Shown: one piece after another, positions 23,707 to 36,163 of the stretch
Layout of the letters: the number at the start of each line of letters is the position of its first letter
How positions within the stretch are numbered: position 1 is the stretch's first letter
From: Gekko japonicus
Lineage: Eukaryota
NCBI RefSeq assembly: GCF_001447785.1
Contig: NW_015166542.1
Span: 85,267-149,266, forward strand
Direction of reading: 5' to 3'
Length of the DNA: 64,000 nt
Program-made: the position numbers and the translations under genes
The notes under the pieces: model-generated
What the model saw: the letters and a program-made list of their open reading frames with translations, nothing else
What the model was told of the DNA's origin: nothing
Database searches by the model: none

Positions 23707-24398
23707 CGGATCTTTCCCGTCTGTCAATTCTTGATCTCTCAATTATCACCCACGTTCCAGTTATGGAAGTGGGTGGAGCATCTCTGCAAACCGGTCAAGT
23801 GGGAGCAGTTTAACAGGTTCCGAGTCGCCTTTCCCAGGCAGGCAGCCAATTTCCGGGTCACAGGAGCGATCAGTTGGTGTGTCGGGCAGAAGCTGGGAGA
23901 AAGGCCACCCCAGGACAAAGCCCCTCTGTACTCGAGGAGACCTCCTGCGGCCTTAACAAACACGGGCAGAGATGGGGGGAGGGCATCGGGGGTGGGGCTG
24001 TGGCTCCGTGATAGAGCATCCGCTTGGTTCAGTCCTCAGCATCTCCTGAAAGGCTCAGGTAGCAGGTGGCATGAAAGACCCGGAGAGCTGCTGTCAGTCT
24101 GAGCAGACAATACCGACCTTGCTGGGCTCATGGCCCAAGTCAAGAGAAGGCAGCTTTGTGTGTACGCGTGGGTGTGATTGGAAGGGGAGGCGCACCTTCC
24201 ATTCAGTCCCAAACACCGGACTGTGACAGGCCCCCCCTTGCCTGGGCTCTCCTGACGGGGAGGGGTAAGCAGTGCTAAGTGTAAGTGTCAGGTGATGCAC
24301 ATTGGGACAAAACATGCCCAGCCTCAAGTCTAGGCTGATGGGGTCTGAACTTGCTGAGACTGGGTGGGGGGGGGGGATCTGGGGGTTGTAGTGGATAG

Positions 24399-24773
24399 AA
24401 GAAGAGGAGGAGGAGGAGGTTGGATTTATACCCTGCCCTTCACTCAGAGTCTCAGAGTGGCTTACAAACTCCTTTCCCTTCCCCTCCCCACAACAGACAC
24501 CCTGTGAGGTGGGTGGGGCTGAGAGAACTCTGACAGAAACTGCTCTTTTTCAAGGACAGGTGTGCCAGAGCTTGTGACTGACCCAAGGTCACATCAGAAG
24601 GTGCAAGTGGAGGGTAGGGCTGAGAGAGCTCTCTCGAGAACTGTCCTTGAGAGAACAGCTCTGAAGGAACTATGGCTTGCCCAAGGTCATCCAGCAGGTG
24701 CAAGTGGAGGAGTGGGGAATCAAACCCGGTGCTCCCAGATTAGAGTCCCCACCCTTAACCACGACACCAAACT
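24399..24773 (-). mobile_element. tRNA-derived SINE (Squam3-like)
   Basis: Head CCAGTTTGGTGTCGTGGTTAAG, tail GGGTATAAATCCAA plus a (TTC/TCC)n microsatellite. Confidence 0.8.
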
Positions 24774-24789
24774 GGTCCTGCCATTGGCA

Positions 24790-25430
24790 GTGTCAACCCA
24801 GGGTCCTGCAGAGGTGAAAAAGGCAAACTCTGTGTTAAGGATGATTAGGAAAGAGATTGAGAATAAAACGGCTGATGTAGTTTCCCTGTGGATCGGCCTC
24901 ATTTGGGATACTGTGTACAGTTCTGGCCTCTGTATCTCCCAAGGGACCTTTTGCAGAGCTGGGGAAAGTGGCAGAGGAGGGGATTGGAGCCCCTTCCCCG
25001 TGAGGAAAGGCTGAGGAGTCTCTGGGACTCCTCAGTTGAGTAAAGAGATGACTCAGGGGGGACGTAACAGAGGTTTATAAAGTGAAGCGCGGGGCGGAGA
25101 GAGTGGACCAAGAGAACTATTTCTCCCTCTCCCAAAATACTAGCACTGAAGGGCACCCAATGAAACTGTTGGGCAGTAGGTTGAGGATGGACCAAAGGAA
25201 ATACAACTTTACACAGAGGGTGATTAAAATGTGCAATTCACAATGTGATGGCCCTGGAAATAAACAGCTTTCAAAGGGGATGAGGGAGACTTCTCTTCCA
25301 TGACTCTATCAGTGGTCACTCGCCTTGACTGCGGAGAACCTCCACGTTCAGAGGCATAATCCTCTGAATCCAGGAGCCAACCTCCGGGGAAGGCCTCTCT
25401 GCCCTGCTGTTGTTGGCCCTCCAGAGGGGC
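24790..25430 (+). mobile_element. Old CR1 3' fragment
   Basis: VKKANSVLRMIRKEIENK; FSLSQNTSTEGHPMKL...FTQRVIKM. Confidence 0.75.
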
Positions 25431-25656
25431 TGGTCGGGGCCACGGTGTGAGGCAGGAGGCGGGTGTGACCCAGCAGCAGGGCTCTTCGGAGGTCCTTCAC
25501 GCTGGCTGCGACTGGCTCCGGTGGCGGGGGAGCGTCGTCTGGCCATGCGGTCAAGAAGCGAGTCAGAGAGAGAGGGTGGTTTGGGAAAGCCCTTTTATGT
25601 CCCTTTTCCGCCCTGCGCATCAGAGGGCACAGCCCCCTCCCCCCTCCCCTTCCCTG

Positions 25657-26338
25657 TCACTTCTCCAGCTGGGCTAGGAAGAGGCTTCTGCCGCCGGCCT
25701 CCGCTGCTGCTGCTGCTGGTCTCCCTTGCCGGAAAGGCCACCGGGAGGCCACTTGGCTAGGCCGCGGGCTCCCCGCCATGAAGTCCCGGGCGGCCAGGAT
25801 CAGGTCCTCCTCGCGCACGCCCGGCACCGGCACCGTGGGGATGCCGGCGATCATCATGGCCAGCGTCAGGATGCAGATGTTGGGGGGCGGGCAGAGCGCC
25901 GGCGGCGAAGCCCCTCCCTCGGGGTCGAGTGGCGCCGACATCCAGACGAGGCCGCTGGGCAGGAAGCCCCACCACCGGGCCAGCGGGGGGTCTCCCCTGG
26001 GGCTGGCGTTGTCCTTCACCTGCTGGCCGAGAGGGTGCGGCGCTGCCGGGGGGAGGCACAGGCAGCCCCTGCCTGCCTGCCCAGCGGGACCCAGGTGGGG
26101 GGGCCTCCTGGAGGACCCCCGCGGGACCCCCTGGTGGGGGGCGCCGGGAGACAGGCAGACCCCCCTGCAAGGCGGCTGGAGGTCCGGCTCGGGAAGCAGC
26201 GGGGCGGTGCTCCCCTGGGGGGGAGGCCCCCTCCCGGCTGGCGGCTTCCTCCTGAACAGCCCCGGAGCAGAGACCCCCCCAGCCGAGGGGGCAGCAGCGG
26301 ACAGTCTGGGCGGGCCGCCGGGTGCCAGCTTGAGCTCT
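25657..26338 (-). CDS. SPATA25: Spermatogenesis-associated protein 25, exon 2 (apparent 1-nt frameshift in its 5' half)
   Basis: [36 protein letters not shown] is the conserved SPATA25 motif. Syntenic, converging on ZSWIM1. Acceptor C10-GGCAG at 26339-26340. Confidence 0.8.
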
Positions 26339-26579
26339 CTGCCGGGGGGGGGGACACGTTCTCAGGGGAGCCAAGAGTGCCGGGTGTCGCCCTCCCTCGC
26401 CCACGCCTCTCCTGGCTGAGTAAACCTCTTGCTCAAGCCGGAGCTGTCACCTGCATTCCACAGGCTCCCACTTTCTCACCCCGCCTCAGGAGCTTGCAGG
26501 AGGTGTAGGAGAGAGAGCCTGCCGGTGGAGTCCAGGATTAGCAGGTGGCAGATGCTGGGCCCTTCCCCTTTAAGGCACA

Positions 26580-26970
26580 CAGGGCCGGCCTGAGGGTTTT
26601 TTGCACCCTAGGCGGGGCTACCTTCTGGTGCCCCCCCGCGCACCCAATTATGGGGTTGCCTACCTCCAGGCAGAGCCTGGAGAGAAGGAAGTCCTACTTC
26701 TCTCCCCCTTTAGGCGAGCGAGGAGGCGGCGGCAAGGTTTCCGGGCACCCAAACCAAAACACCCCACATTTGGATTTACAAAAGCCGACCCCAGGCGGAG
26801 GGGGAAGGCAAGGTGGCCTTGCGCTCCCCTTTCGCGCCCCCCATGCCACGTGGCTGGGAGCAGCAATAGCACACGGGCTTTTGGCGGGGGGGAGGCACAG
26901 TTCGGCACCCCATCCAGGGCCCAGCGCTCTAGGTGAATGCCTAGTTCGCCTAGTGGGTGAGCCGGCCCTG
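26580..26970 (+). mobile_element. hAT-like MITE, family C
   Basis: TIR CAGGGCCGGC...GCCGGCCCTG; 8-bp TSD AAGGCACA/GAGGCACA. Confidence 0.8.
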
Positions 26971-27145
26971 GAGGCACACGAAATGCGGGAGGAGAGGCAA
27001 GGCCCACAGGCCAACTCACAAGGAGGGACTCGGGCTAGAAGCGGCCTGCCCAGAACCAGGAGAAAGCAAAGGCCTCTGCTCCTGGCCAGGGGTGAACCAG
27101 GGTGGCAGAGTGCCAGGCAGAGCTTTCCATCCCACCTGGAGTGAT

Positions 27146-27349
27146 TCCATCCCTCTAAGCTGAGTGAGTGTGAGCTAGCTCATAGTTGTTGAGCCTCTGG
27201 CTCACACGTTTTTGTCCTCACTCGGGAAGGAGGGCTCCAGAGCAAACTCATGTATCCAGCAGCCAAGTGGCTCGCTCACCACTTTCATGCCAGGAGCTCA
27301 CAAAGCAGCATTTTTGCTGACAAGACTCCACAGCTTAGAGGGAGCATTG
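27146..27349 (+). mobile_element. MITE family A copy
   Basis: Similar to 18526-18729. Confidence 0.75.
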
Positions 27350-28173
27350 AGACCCTCAGTCCCCCGTGGTCGCTGCGACCCTCCCAACAGTATCTCTTCT
27401 GCGGGCATTTTGGCTCTCTGCCCTTTTCGGCCTTAGCCCTTTTTTTGTGGCTTTCAAAGTGTTTTACATTTTATTTTCAATACATTAGCATATGAGGGAG
27501 CCACAGGGTGCCTTCTGGGGTGGGGGAGTGACCCAGCAAATAAAAAGGTACATAACCTTTGGACCCGTCCACACTCTTTGTGCCACACTCTTCTCTTCTT
27601 CCTCTCACTTTTATGCTCTGTTCCTCCCAGGAGCTTCGGGCTGCGTCATGTGACGCTTTCCCTCATTTTGTGGTCACAACAACCCTGTGAGGTGGGCCGG
27701 GCCGAGAGGAAGCAACTGGCTCAAAGTCATACCCAGCTGAGCAATGTTTTAAACACAGGTTTCGCTCAGCCTAGATGGATATTACAGCCCCCACACCATA
27801 CTGGGTCTCTCTCGACCTGACCTACCTCACAGGGTTGTTGTGAGAATACCGTGGGGAGGGAAGAACCATGGACACCACCCTGAGCTCCCGAGAAGAAGGG
27901 AGGGAAGGAGGTTCTTTTCCCCAGATCGGTCCGGGTGTGAGTTGGGGCTCCTCTGCCTTTCTGGTATCTGGTGCCGGGAAGAGGCCTCGTGGTACTTCCG
28001 GTGCTGAAACAGGACCTGATCCTGCACTTCCTGTACACCGAGGACTCCCCACTTTCTGCTGACCCGGATGCTCTTAGCAGCACGTGGCCGCCTGTCGGCA
28101 TGTTTGAGGGCAGTTGCCCACCGGGCTGCCGTCCTGCGCAAAATACCGGGGGCAAAGAGAACAGAAGCGTTAC

Positions 28174-28231
28174 CTCGACAGGGAGGTGGGAGGAAGGTGG
28201 AGGACGCTTCCCCCCTCCCGTGCTCGTCCAT
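28174..28231 (-). CDS. SPATA25: Predicted SPATA25 coding exon 1 (MDEHGRGEASSTFLPPPCR)
   Basis: Strong Kozak GCCATGG and donor GAG|GTAACG. A 58-nt phase-1 exon, similar in size to the short first exon recalled for mammalian SPATA25. No sequence homology established. Confidence 0.5.
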
Positions 28232-28511
28232 GGCAGCAGTGGGGCCGGGCCAGTGCCGCTGCCTCTGCGCTGGGCCTGCCCTGAGCTCCCTCCATTCTAG
28301 AACTGGTGTCACAGGGCTCGGCCCTTACCTCACACAGAGCCACTGTGCAGCCACCGCTTGCCCCTCTGCCCCGGACGGCGGCGGGCTTGTGCTGCTCCAA
28401 AGAGGAGGCACCACTTCCCCCCCCCCGAGGTGGGGGTGGGACGAAGGCCCAGGCCTGCCTGTTCCCAGGGGCTTGTCAAAAAAGCCAGAGAAGGGGTCAC
28501 ACTGTGGAGAT

Positions 28512-31330
28512 TCATCCCAAGAAACAAAAAAACACTGTGATAAAATTAACAATGACACGTTTAATAATTCTGTGAGCATCCATTTGTGAAGCTATTAATC
28601 TGACAATATAGTTAGAGAATTCTGAGATAAGCAAAGCAAAGTCCAACATAATCATATCCTCAATATAGCTATATAAGTATATATGTATAAATCAAAAGTG
28701 TATGTATCATATAGGCGTTTACTTTGCAGTGTTAATGTCATACACCTTTAAGAGAGAAGTATAACAACATGGTCTAGATTTGACAGAGTGCCTGAAGAAC
28801 GATGGACAGAGGTTCGTCACATTGTACAGGAGGCAGCAATCACCACCATCCCAAAGAAAAAGAAATGCAAGAAAGCAAAGTGGCTGTCTGATGAAACTTT
28901 ACAAATAGCAGAGGAAAGAAGGAAAGCGAAAGGCAAAGGTGAAAAGGAAAGATTTACCCAACTGAATGCAGATTTCCAGAGAACAGCAAGGAGAGATAAG
29001 GAGGCCTTCCTGAATGAACAGTGCAAAGTAATAGAGGAAAACAATAGAATGGGAAGGACTAGAGATCTCTTCAAGAAAATTGGAGAAATCAAGGGAGCGT
29101 TCCATGCAAAGATGGCCATGATAAAGGACAAAAACGGTAGGGACCTAACAGAAGCAGAAGAGATTAGGAAAAGATGGCAAGAATACACAGAAGAACTATA
29201 CAAGAAAGACCTCAATGTCCTTGACAAACACGACGGTATAATCACTGACCTTGAGCCAGACATCCTGGAATGTGAAGTGAAATGGGCCTTAGAAAGCATT
29301 GCTAACAACAAAGCTAGTGGAGGTGATGGTATTCCAGCTGAACTATTCAAAGTCTTAGAAGATGATGCTGTTAAAGTGCTGCACTCCATTTGCCAGCAAA
29401 TTTGGAAAACGCAACAGTGGCCACAGGATTGGAAAAGATCAGTATACATTCCAATCCCAAAGAAGGGCAACGCCAAGGAATGTTCAAACTATCGCACAAT
29501 TGCACTCATATCACACGCTAGCAAGGTCATGCTCAAGATCCTACAAGCTAGGCTTCAACAGTACGTGGATAGAGAACTACCAGAAGTACAAGCGGGGTTT
29601 CGAAGAGGTAGAGGAACTAGAGATCAAATTGCCAACATTCGCTGGATTATGGAGAAAGCAAGAGAGTACCAGAAAAACATCTACTTCTGCTTCATTGACT
29701 ATGCTAAAGCCTTTGACTGTGTGGATCACAACAAACTATGGCAGGTCCTTAAAGAGATGGGAGTACCAGACCACCTCACATGTCTCTTGAGAAACCTGTA
29801 TAAGGGCCAAGAAGCGACAGTTAGAACCGGATACGGAACAACTGATTGGTTCAGCATAGGAAAAGGAGTACGACAAGGATGTATACTGTCACCTTGCTTA
29901 TTTAATATATATGCAGAGTACATCATGCGAAATGCTGGCCTGGATGAATCACAAGCGGGAATTAAGATTGCTGGGGAAAAGATCAACAACCTCAGATATG
30001 CAGATGATACCACTCTAATGGCTGAAAGTGAAAAGGATCTAAAGAGCCTCTTGCTCAGAGTAAAAGAGGAGAGCGCAAAAGTGGGCTTGAAGCTCAACAT
30101 CAAAAAAACTAAGATCATGGCATCCGGCCCCATCACTCCTTGGCAAATAGAAGGGGAAGTCGTGGAAGTAGTGACAGACTTCACGTTCCTGGGATCCCAG
30201 ATCACCGCAGACTGTGACTGCAGCCATGAAATTAAAAGACGCCTGCTCCTTGGGAGGAAAGCGATGGCGAACCTAAACAGCATGATAAAAAGTAGAGACA
30301 TCACCCTGCCAACAAAAGTCCGCATGGTCAAAGCAATGGTATTCCCAGTAGTCATGTATGGCTGCGAGAGTTGGACTATAAGGAAGGCCGAGCGCTGAAG
30401 AATAGATTCCTTTGAACTTATGGTGCTGGAGAAGACTCTTGAGAGTCCCTTGGACTGCAAGAAGATCAAATCAGCCAATCCTAAAAGAAATCAACCCTGA
30501 CTGTTCCCTGGAAGGCCAGATAATGAAACCGAAGCTCAAATACTTTGGCCACCAAATGAGAAGGGAGCACTCACTGGAGAAGACCCTGATGCTGGGAAAG
30601 ATTGAAGGTCAAAGAAGACGGGGACGGCAAAGGATGAGATGGTTAGACAGTGTCATAGATGCAACGAACATGAAATTGAGCCAACTTCAGAAGACGGCAG
30701 AAGACCGGAAGGCCTGGCGTGATCTGGTCCATGCATGTTGTTATTTGAACAACAACAAATAACAACATGCAGCTGCTTGGAATCAGTCAGATAGTTCCTT
30801 TAGAGCTGTTTCCAGCAGGAGAAATGGGAAGCATTGTCAGTCTATTTTTAAAGGAAGGCTTTTTGCCAGATAGATAAGAAATGCTGAAATGCTACTCCCT
30901 AATAGAGAGCTACTAGCCAACAATGTGAAACAGAGAGCAAATGCCAGGCAATTTAAGGTAGGCCTGTTGCCACATAAAAACTTTGGACTGGCTGCTACGA
31001 CTAGAAATTTAGTAATTGGCTTGCTCCTATTCAAGTACTTGCAATGGAACTGAAAGTAAGTCTAAAATTATTCTAGTTAAAAATGATAACAAAACTATTC
31101 CATTCATCTTCATGTCTTTTTCCACTCCTTATAACTATGCTTTTTACAGGACAATTTGACAAAGAAGAAAATAAGAAGCTATATTGACGATATGATTATA
31201 TTGGACTTTGCTTATGTCAGAATTCTCTAACTATATTGTCAGATTAATAGCTTCACAAATGGATGCTCACAGAATTATTAAATGTGTCATTGTTAATTTC
31301 ATCACAGTGGCTTTTTGTTTGTTGGCATGA
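28512..31330. mobile_element. AT-rich element with ~155-bp terminal inverted repeats, hosting a BovB insertion
   Basis: 28512-28670 is the imperfect reverse complement of 31177-31330. Confidence 0.7.
28772..30758 (+). mobile_element. 5'-truncated BovB (RTE clade) LINE with a nearly intact RT
   Basis: 536-aa ORF (NYRTIALISHASKVMLKIL, GVRQGCILSP, LRYADD), one premature TGA at 30396-30398, (CAA)n tail, 11-bp TSD ATAACAACATG at 28761-28771 and 30759-30769. Confidence 0.96.
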
Positions 31331-31505
31331 TCCCGGGGGCTGCCATTGCATTTCCACTCCCACCACTCGGACTGGTTTTCCTCAGCGGCACTTTTCATTG
31401 AACTGCCATCTTGGTANNNNNNNNNNNNNNNNNNNNNNNNNNNNNNNNNNNNNNNCTCTCCAGGGTGTGTCCGTCCCTACTGCTCCTGGGCCCTTTGGTT
31501 CATGC

Positions 31506-32100
31506 GGGAGCGGTGGCACAGGGGATCTATCCTCTGGTTATAAGTAACATCTGAGCTGAACAGAACGGCTGTCAGTTCTATCCCCGTGCTGGTGTAAGCG
31601 ACCAGCCTTGTCCCCAGCTCGCCGTCCACCCAGCGGTTCGAAAGCTTCGGTGAGAAGATAAAATGGGTACCACTCCTTAGAGAGGGTGGGCACACTAAAC
31701 CCCCTGGCGGGGGAGGTGTTAGCCGGCGAACGGAATGTCCAGCTCGTAAGATCGGAAGCCTAGAAAGATCTCTTCGGCATCAAGAAGCCTGTAATGGGCC
31801 ATTCCGGCCAGGCGGTGGCAGTGCGGTGTTGTGACTCGAAGCAGTCCTGGAGAAAGCTGACGTCATCAAGCCAAGCCGAGGGGAAAATGCCGTCTGGAAC
31901 ATGTCTAGTCTACAGCTGAAACAAAATCCCCGTCGGCTGTGAACGTGTGTGATTTAAAGATTTATATATATGTTGTCCTCCCTTACCCCTATGAATCATT
32001 GTTAGCCCCTTGTGAATGTGTAACTGTAAATCGCTCAGAGCCAGCAGCTCTGCAGGATTGAGCGATTAATAAATTGAAAGATTATTATTATTATAATTAT
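31506..32100 (+). mobile_element. Long SINE-like element with a Sauria-SINE-like head and a non-BovB tail
   Basis: CCCAGCTC...CAGCGGTTCGAAAGC...AGATAAAATGGGTACCACT resembles the recalled Sauria SINE core. Ends in stem-loop AATCGCTCA...TGAGCGATT, then AATAAA and (TTA)n. Confidence 0.5.
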
Positions 32101-32399
32101 AAAATGTCCCAGTGTTGCCTGTTCCAAACTCTTGCCAATAAAATCTATCAGGCCTGGACTTCTCCCAACCCCTCGAGGTCGTTTTCATGGTCTGCCGTTG
32201 GCATCATGCACCACAGACGACTGCCCCTTCCCCCCCCCCAATCGGATGCAAGGTCCAGGAGCTGGGTACTCCACTGATGGCGTGTGCAGGGTTTCACCCC
32301 TCTTGTGCTGCCTTTTGTGCCTGGCGCAAATCAGTCCGGTCCCACAAACCACGTGGGTGAACGAAGGCCGCGGCACGCACGCGAGCGGCCTGGGTGGTT

Positions 32400-32515
32400 T
32401 CATTCGTATTTGCAGAAGTTCTTCAGCAGGGGCGGGAGGTTGAGCCCCTCGATGGCCAGCCGGTGCACAACGTGTTTCTGGATGATCAGCCGGCAGAGGG
32501 TCTGGAGGGAAGGAA
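32400..32515 (-). CDS. NEURL2: NEURL2 exon 2 (SOCS box)
   Basis: Acceptor TTTTCCTCCCCAG, then (F)PSLQTLCRLIIQKHVVHRLAIEGLNLPPLLKNFCKYE-stop. Phase matches exon 1 (688+116 nt, 267 aa). Not in the supplied ORF track. Confidence 0.95.
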
Positions 32516-33084
32516 CTGGGGAGGAAAACAAAAGGAGGGCTGAAGGGGGCAGGGGGGCAGCCCCGGCTCAGACCGAGGCCTGTGAAGAAGGCGCCCGTCC
32601 GAGCCCCTGGCAAGCCATGGGTGCTCACTCACGTTCGGAGCCGCAGCAGGCACGCCGCCTCTCCAAACACCCCAGGAGGAAGCAATGCCCAGTCTGGCTG
32701 GAATGGGTTAGTTCAGCCTGGCAGCACATCTTAATGAGTGCGTCCCACACCGTTCTATCCCCCACCCCCCCAGCTTCTCCTTCCTATGCCATTCTCTGTT
32801 TTCAAACACACACACACACACACACACACAGAAATTCACTGAAGGGCGGTGCTCCCCTCTCTCTGCTTGTCCAGAGTCCTGTGAGAGAACAATTCCTATC
32901 TTGTCTGTTCAGGAATGAGGGCTCCCCCACCCCACCCCATCTCTTTGGCCCCTTGCCAGACTGTCTCGTCTCATTGGGATGGCCGCAAAAAAGAGTCCCA
33001 AAGCATGCCCGGGGCAATAAGCTCTTGCAGCAGATCTCTGCTCTCTCCCACCTCTTTATGGCTTTGACGCTAGATCCTGGAGTG

Positions 33085-33920
33085 CCTTCCCCATGAGGCA
33101 GGCCTGGAGACGTACTGTACGACTTTTCAGTTTAGACAAAGAGAAGGCCGAAGGGGAGACGGGACAGAGGTTTCTAAAATTATGCACGGGGTGGAGAGAG
33201 TGGATAGAGGGAGCTTTGTCTTCCCCTCCCATAATCCTGGGATTCGGGGCCACCCAACGAAATTGTTGGGGGGAAGACAGATCAAGGTGGGCGGCAGTCT
33301 TGGTCTGAACTTTGACTTTGCTCTGTTGGGGAACAGGTTCTCCGGACAGGCACAAGGCAATACTTCTTTCCTCAATGGGTGATCAAACTGGAATTCACTG
33401 ACAGTGGAATGATGACCCCCTAGCATGGATAGCTTTCAAAGTGTGTTAGGCAGATTTCCTGGAGGAGAGGTCATAAGAACATAAGAGATGCCAATGTTGG
33501 ATCAGGCCAAAGGCCCATCCAGTCCAACACTCTGTGTCACACAGTGGCCAGAAATACCAGGTGCCATCAGGAGGTCCAGCAGTGGGGCCAGGACACTAGA
33601 AGCCCTCCCACTCTTGCTCCCCCCCCCCAAGCACCAAGAATAACAGAGCATCACTTGCCCCAGAGTCCCGATCTATACCTTGTGGCTAATAGCCACTGAT
33701 GGACCTCTGCTCCATCAATGGCTACTCGCTGTAGTGACTGAAAGGGAACCTCCACATCCAGAGGCAGACAACCTTTGAAAACCAGTGCTGGGAGGTGGCG
33801 GCGGCAGGGGAGACCTTGGCCTCTCTTGCCCGTTTGTTTGGCCCTCCAGGGCAACTGGTTGGCTGATGTGTGAGACGAGATGCTGAGCCACTGGTCTGAC
33901 CCAGCAGGGCTCTTCTGACG
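33085..33920 (+). mobile_element. Old CR1 3' fragment interrupted by a younger antisense CR1 tail (~33472-33716)
   Basis: HNPGIRGHPTKLLG motif; inserted CATAAGAACATAAGAG... unit. Confidence 0.65.
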
Positions 33921-34169
33921 TTCCGTGCCTAAAATTCGTTTAACTGCAGAATGAGTGTCAGTCCCTGACAGAGCTTGGAAGGATCTTTATGCCCCTGGTC
34001 CCTGGGCTCTATGCAGGAGGACATGGCTGCCCAGACTCAACAGGCAGACTGCCTTCCAAGTTTATCCCCACTGGCATGCTTTGGGAATGACAAGAAGACA
34101 AGCTTTCTTGCTGTGTCATTATCATGGAATTTCAACCTTATCTACTGAGGTCAGGGCCGTCTTGGAAGC

Positions 34170-34479
34170 TGTAATGTATCCATCCCAGACCGCGTGAGCG
34201 GCCATTTCGCCATGCAGTCAGGCGAAGCGACCGAGCTTCGCTCTCAGTAACATTGGGACAAGCGGATCCTAGCCGGCACCTATCGGCAGGCGAGGCTCCT
34301 GGCCAAGAGCCTATGGAACTCTCAGCCGATGTAAATAGCCAATCACTTGGGTGTGGGTGTGTTTGGGGAGCAGGGTTTGGGCACATATAACCCAGCCTGC
34401 GAGCTGGGGACTATCGTCTTGTTCTGAGCTGAAATAAAATATGAGAGCTGAAATCACTAGTAAGTCTCAGTACTTTTCA
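34170..34479 (+). mobile_element. Solo LTR (310 bp)
   Basis: TGTAATGTA...TACTTTTCA, 5-bp TSD GAAGC on both sides, CCAAT ~34339, TATAA ~34386, AATAAA ~34433. Confidence 0.8.
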
Positions 34480-34641
34480 GAAGCTGTCCACAATTCCCCC
34501 CAACTGCTCAAAGCTCACTCTCCCACCACCCCCGTTTCCCTGCTCCAGCAAGCAGACAAGACCCATGATGGGCCAAAGGCTGGGCAGAATTCGCAAAGGG
34601 AACCCGCCTCCTCCCCCTCCCCCGGTGATTCCTTCACCCTA

Positions 34642-35360
34642 TAAGAACATAAGAGAAGCCTATGTTGGATCAGGCCAAAGGCCCATCCAGTCCAACACTC
34701 TATCACACAGGGGCCAGAAATACCAGGTGCCCTCAGGAGGTCCACCAGTGTGGCCAGGACACCAGAAGACCCTCCCACTGTTGACCCCCTCCCCAAGCAC
34801 CAAGAATACAGAGCATCCCTTGCCCCAGACCAAGAGTTCCTATCTAGACATCGTGGCTAAGAGCCACTGATGGACCTCTGCTCCATATGCTTATCCAGTT
34901 CCCTCTTATAAGAACATAAGAGAGGAGCCAATGTTGGATCAGGCCAATGGCCCATCCAGTCCAACACTCTATGTCACACAGTGGCCAGAAATACCAGGTG
35001 CCACCAGGAGGTCCAGCAGTGGGGCCAGGACACTAGAAGCCCTCCCACTGTTGTCCCCCCCCCCAAGCACCAAGGATACAGTGCATCCCTTGCCCCAGAC
35101 TGAGAGCTCCTGTCTATACCTCGTGGCTCATAGCCACTGATGGACCTCTGCTCCATATGCTTATCTAATTCCCTTTTGAAGCCGTCCATGCTTGTAGCCG
35201 CCACCACCTCCTGTGGCAGGGAATTCCACGTGTGAATCACTCTTTGGGTGAAGAAGGACTTCCTTTTATCTGTTCTAACCCGACCGCTCATCAATTTCAT
35301 GGAGTGCCCACAAGGAGTTCTCGTATTGTGAGAGAGGGAGAAAAGTACTTCTTTCTCTGC
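34642..35360 (-). mobile_element. CR1 3' fragment with tandemly duplicated 3' end
   Basis: Two ~268-bp tail units at 34642 and 34908, then the ORF2 C-terminus. Confidence 0.85.
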
Positions 35361-35675
35361 CCCCATACCCCAAACCCCATTCAGAGCACTGGGGTGCTCC
35401 TTCAGAATCAACGGCACCCCACCCCTCTTTATTTATTCTCCTCAAACACCTGTTTTGGGGCTGGGGGGCGGCAAGCAAGGCGAAGTGGGGAAGAGAGCCG
35501 TCTGACCGTGGGCAGGGACACCACTGCAGTCTTAATCCCCCAACCAGAACAAAGCTTTGTTCACTGCAACAGCTGAACACACCTTGAGCATAAAGAGAGA
35601 AGCTACAAAGCTGAGGTCCAGGCTCCAAGGAAATAAAAGGGAAGCAGAGATGGCTGCCCAGGGGATCCCTAGGAC

Positions 35676-36163
35676 CAGGGGTCATTTCCTGGGGGAGCGC
35701 ACAAGACCGGAGCTCCGGCAGTAAGGAGCCCAGGGGGCGGGCACATGCAGCAAGCCCCGCCCCCTGCTCCCAGCAGCCCTCACTCTGGCCACAAGAAGCA
35801 CGNNNNNNNNNNNNNNNNNNNNNNNNNNNNNNNNNNNNNNNNNNNNNNNNNNNNNNNNNNNNNNNNNNNNNNNNNNNNNNNNNNNNNNNNNNNNNNNNNN
35901 NNNNNNNNNNNNNNNNNNNNNNNNNNNNNNNNNNNNNNNNNNNNNNNNNNNNNNNNNNNNNNNNNNNNNNNNNNNNNNNNNNNNNNNNNNNNNNNNNNNN
36001 NNNNNNNNNNNNNNNNNNNNNNNNNNNNNNNNNNNNNNNNNNNNNNNNGTTGCCTTCTGACACATTTCCGGTGATGTCAGGGGGTGTGGCATTTGCAAAT
36101 GAGTTATGCTAATGAGTTATGCTAATGAGCTCCTGCACCTCTTTTTCTACGAAATGACCCCTG
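35676..36163 (-). mobile_element. hAT-like MITE family B copy spanning an N gap
   Basis: Perfect TIR CAGGGGTCATTTC/GAAATGACCCCTG; TSD CCTAGGAC/CTTAGGAC. Confidence 0.8.

Noticed and set aside
28788-30398. Host reverse-transcriptase gene
   Set aside because: It is a 5'-truncated BovB copy with TSD and tail, lacking the endonuclease domain and a true start.
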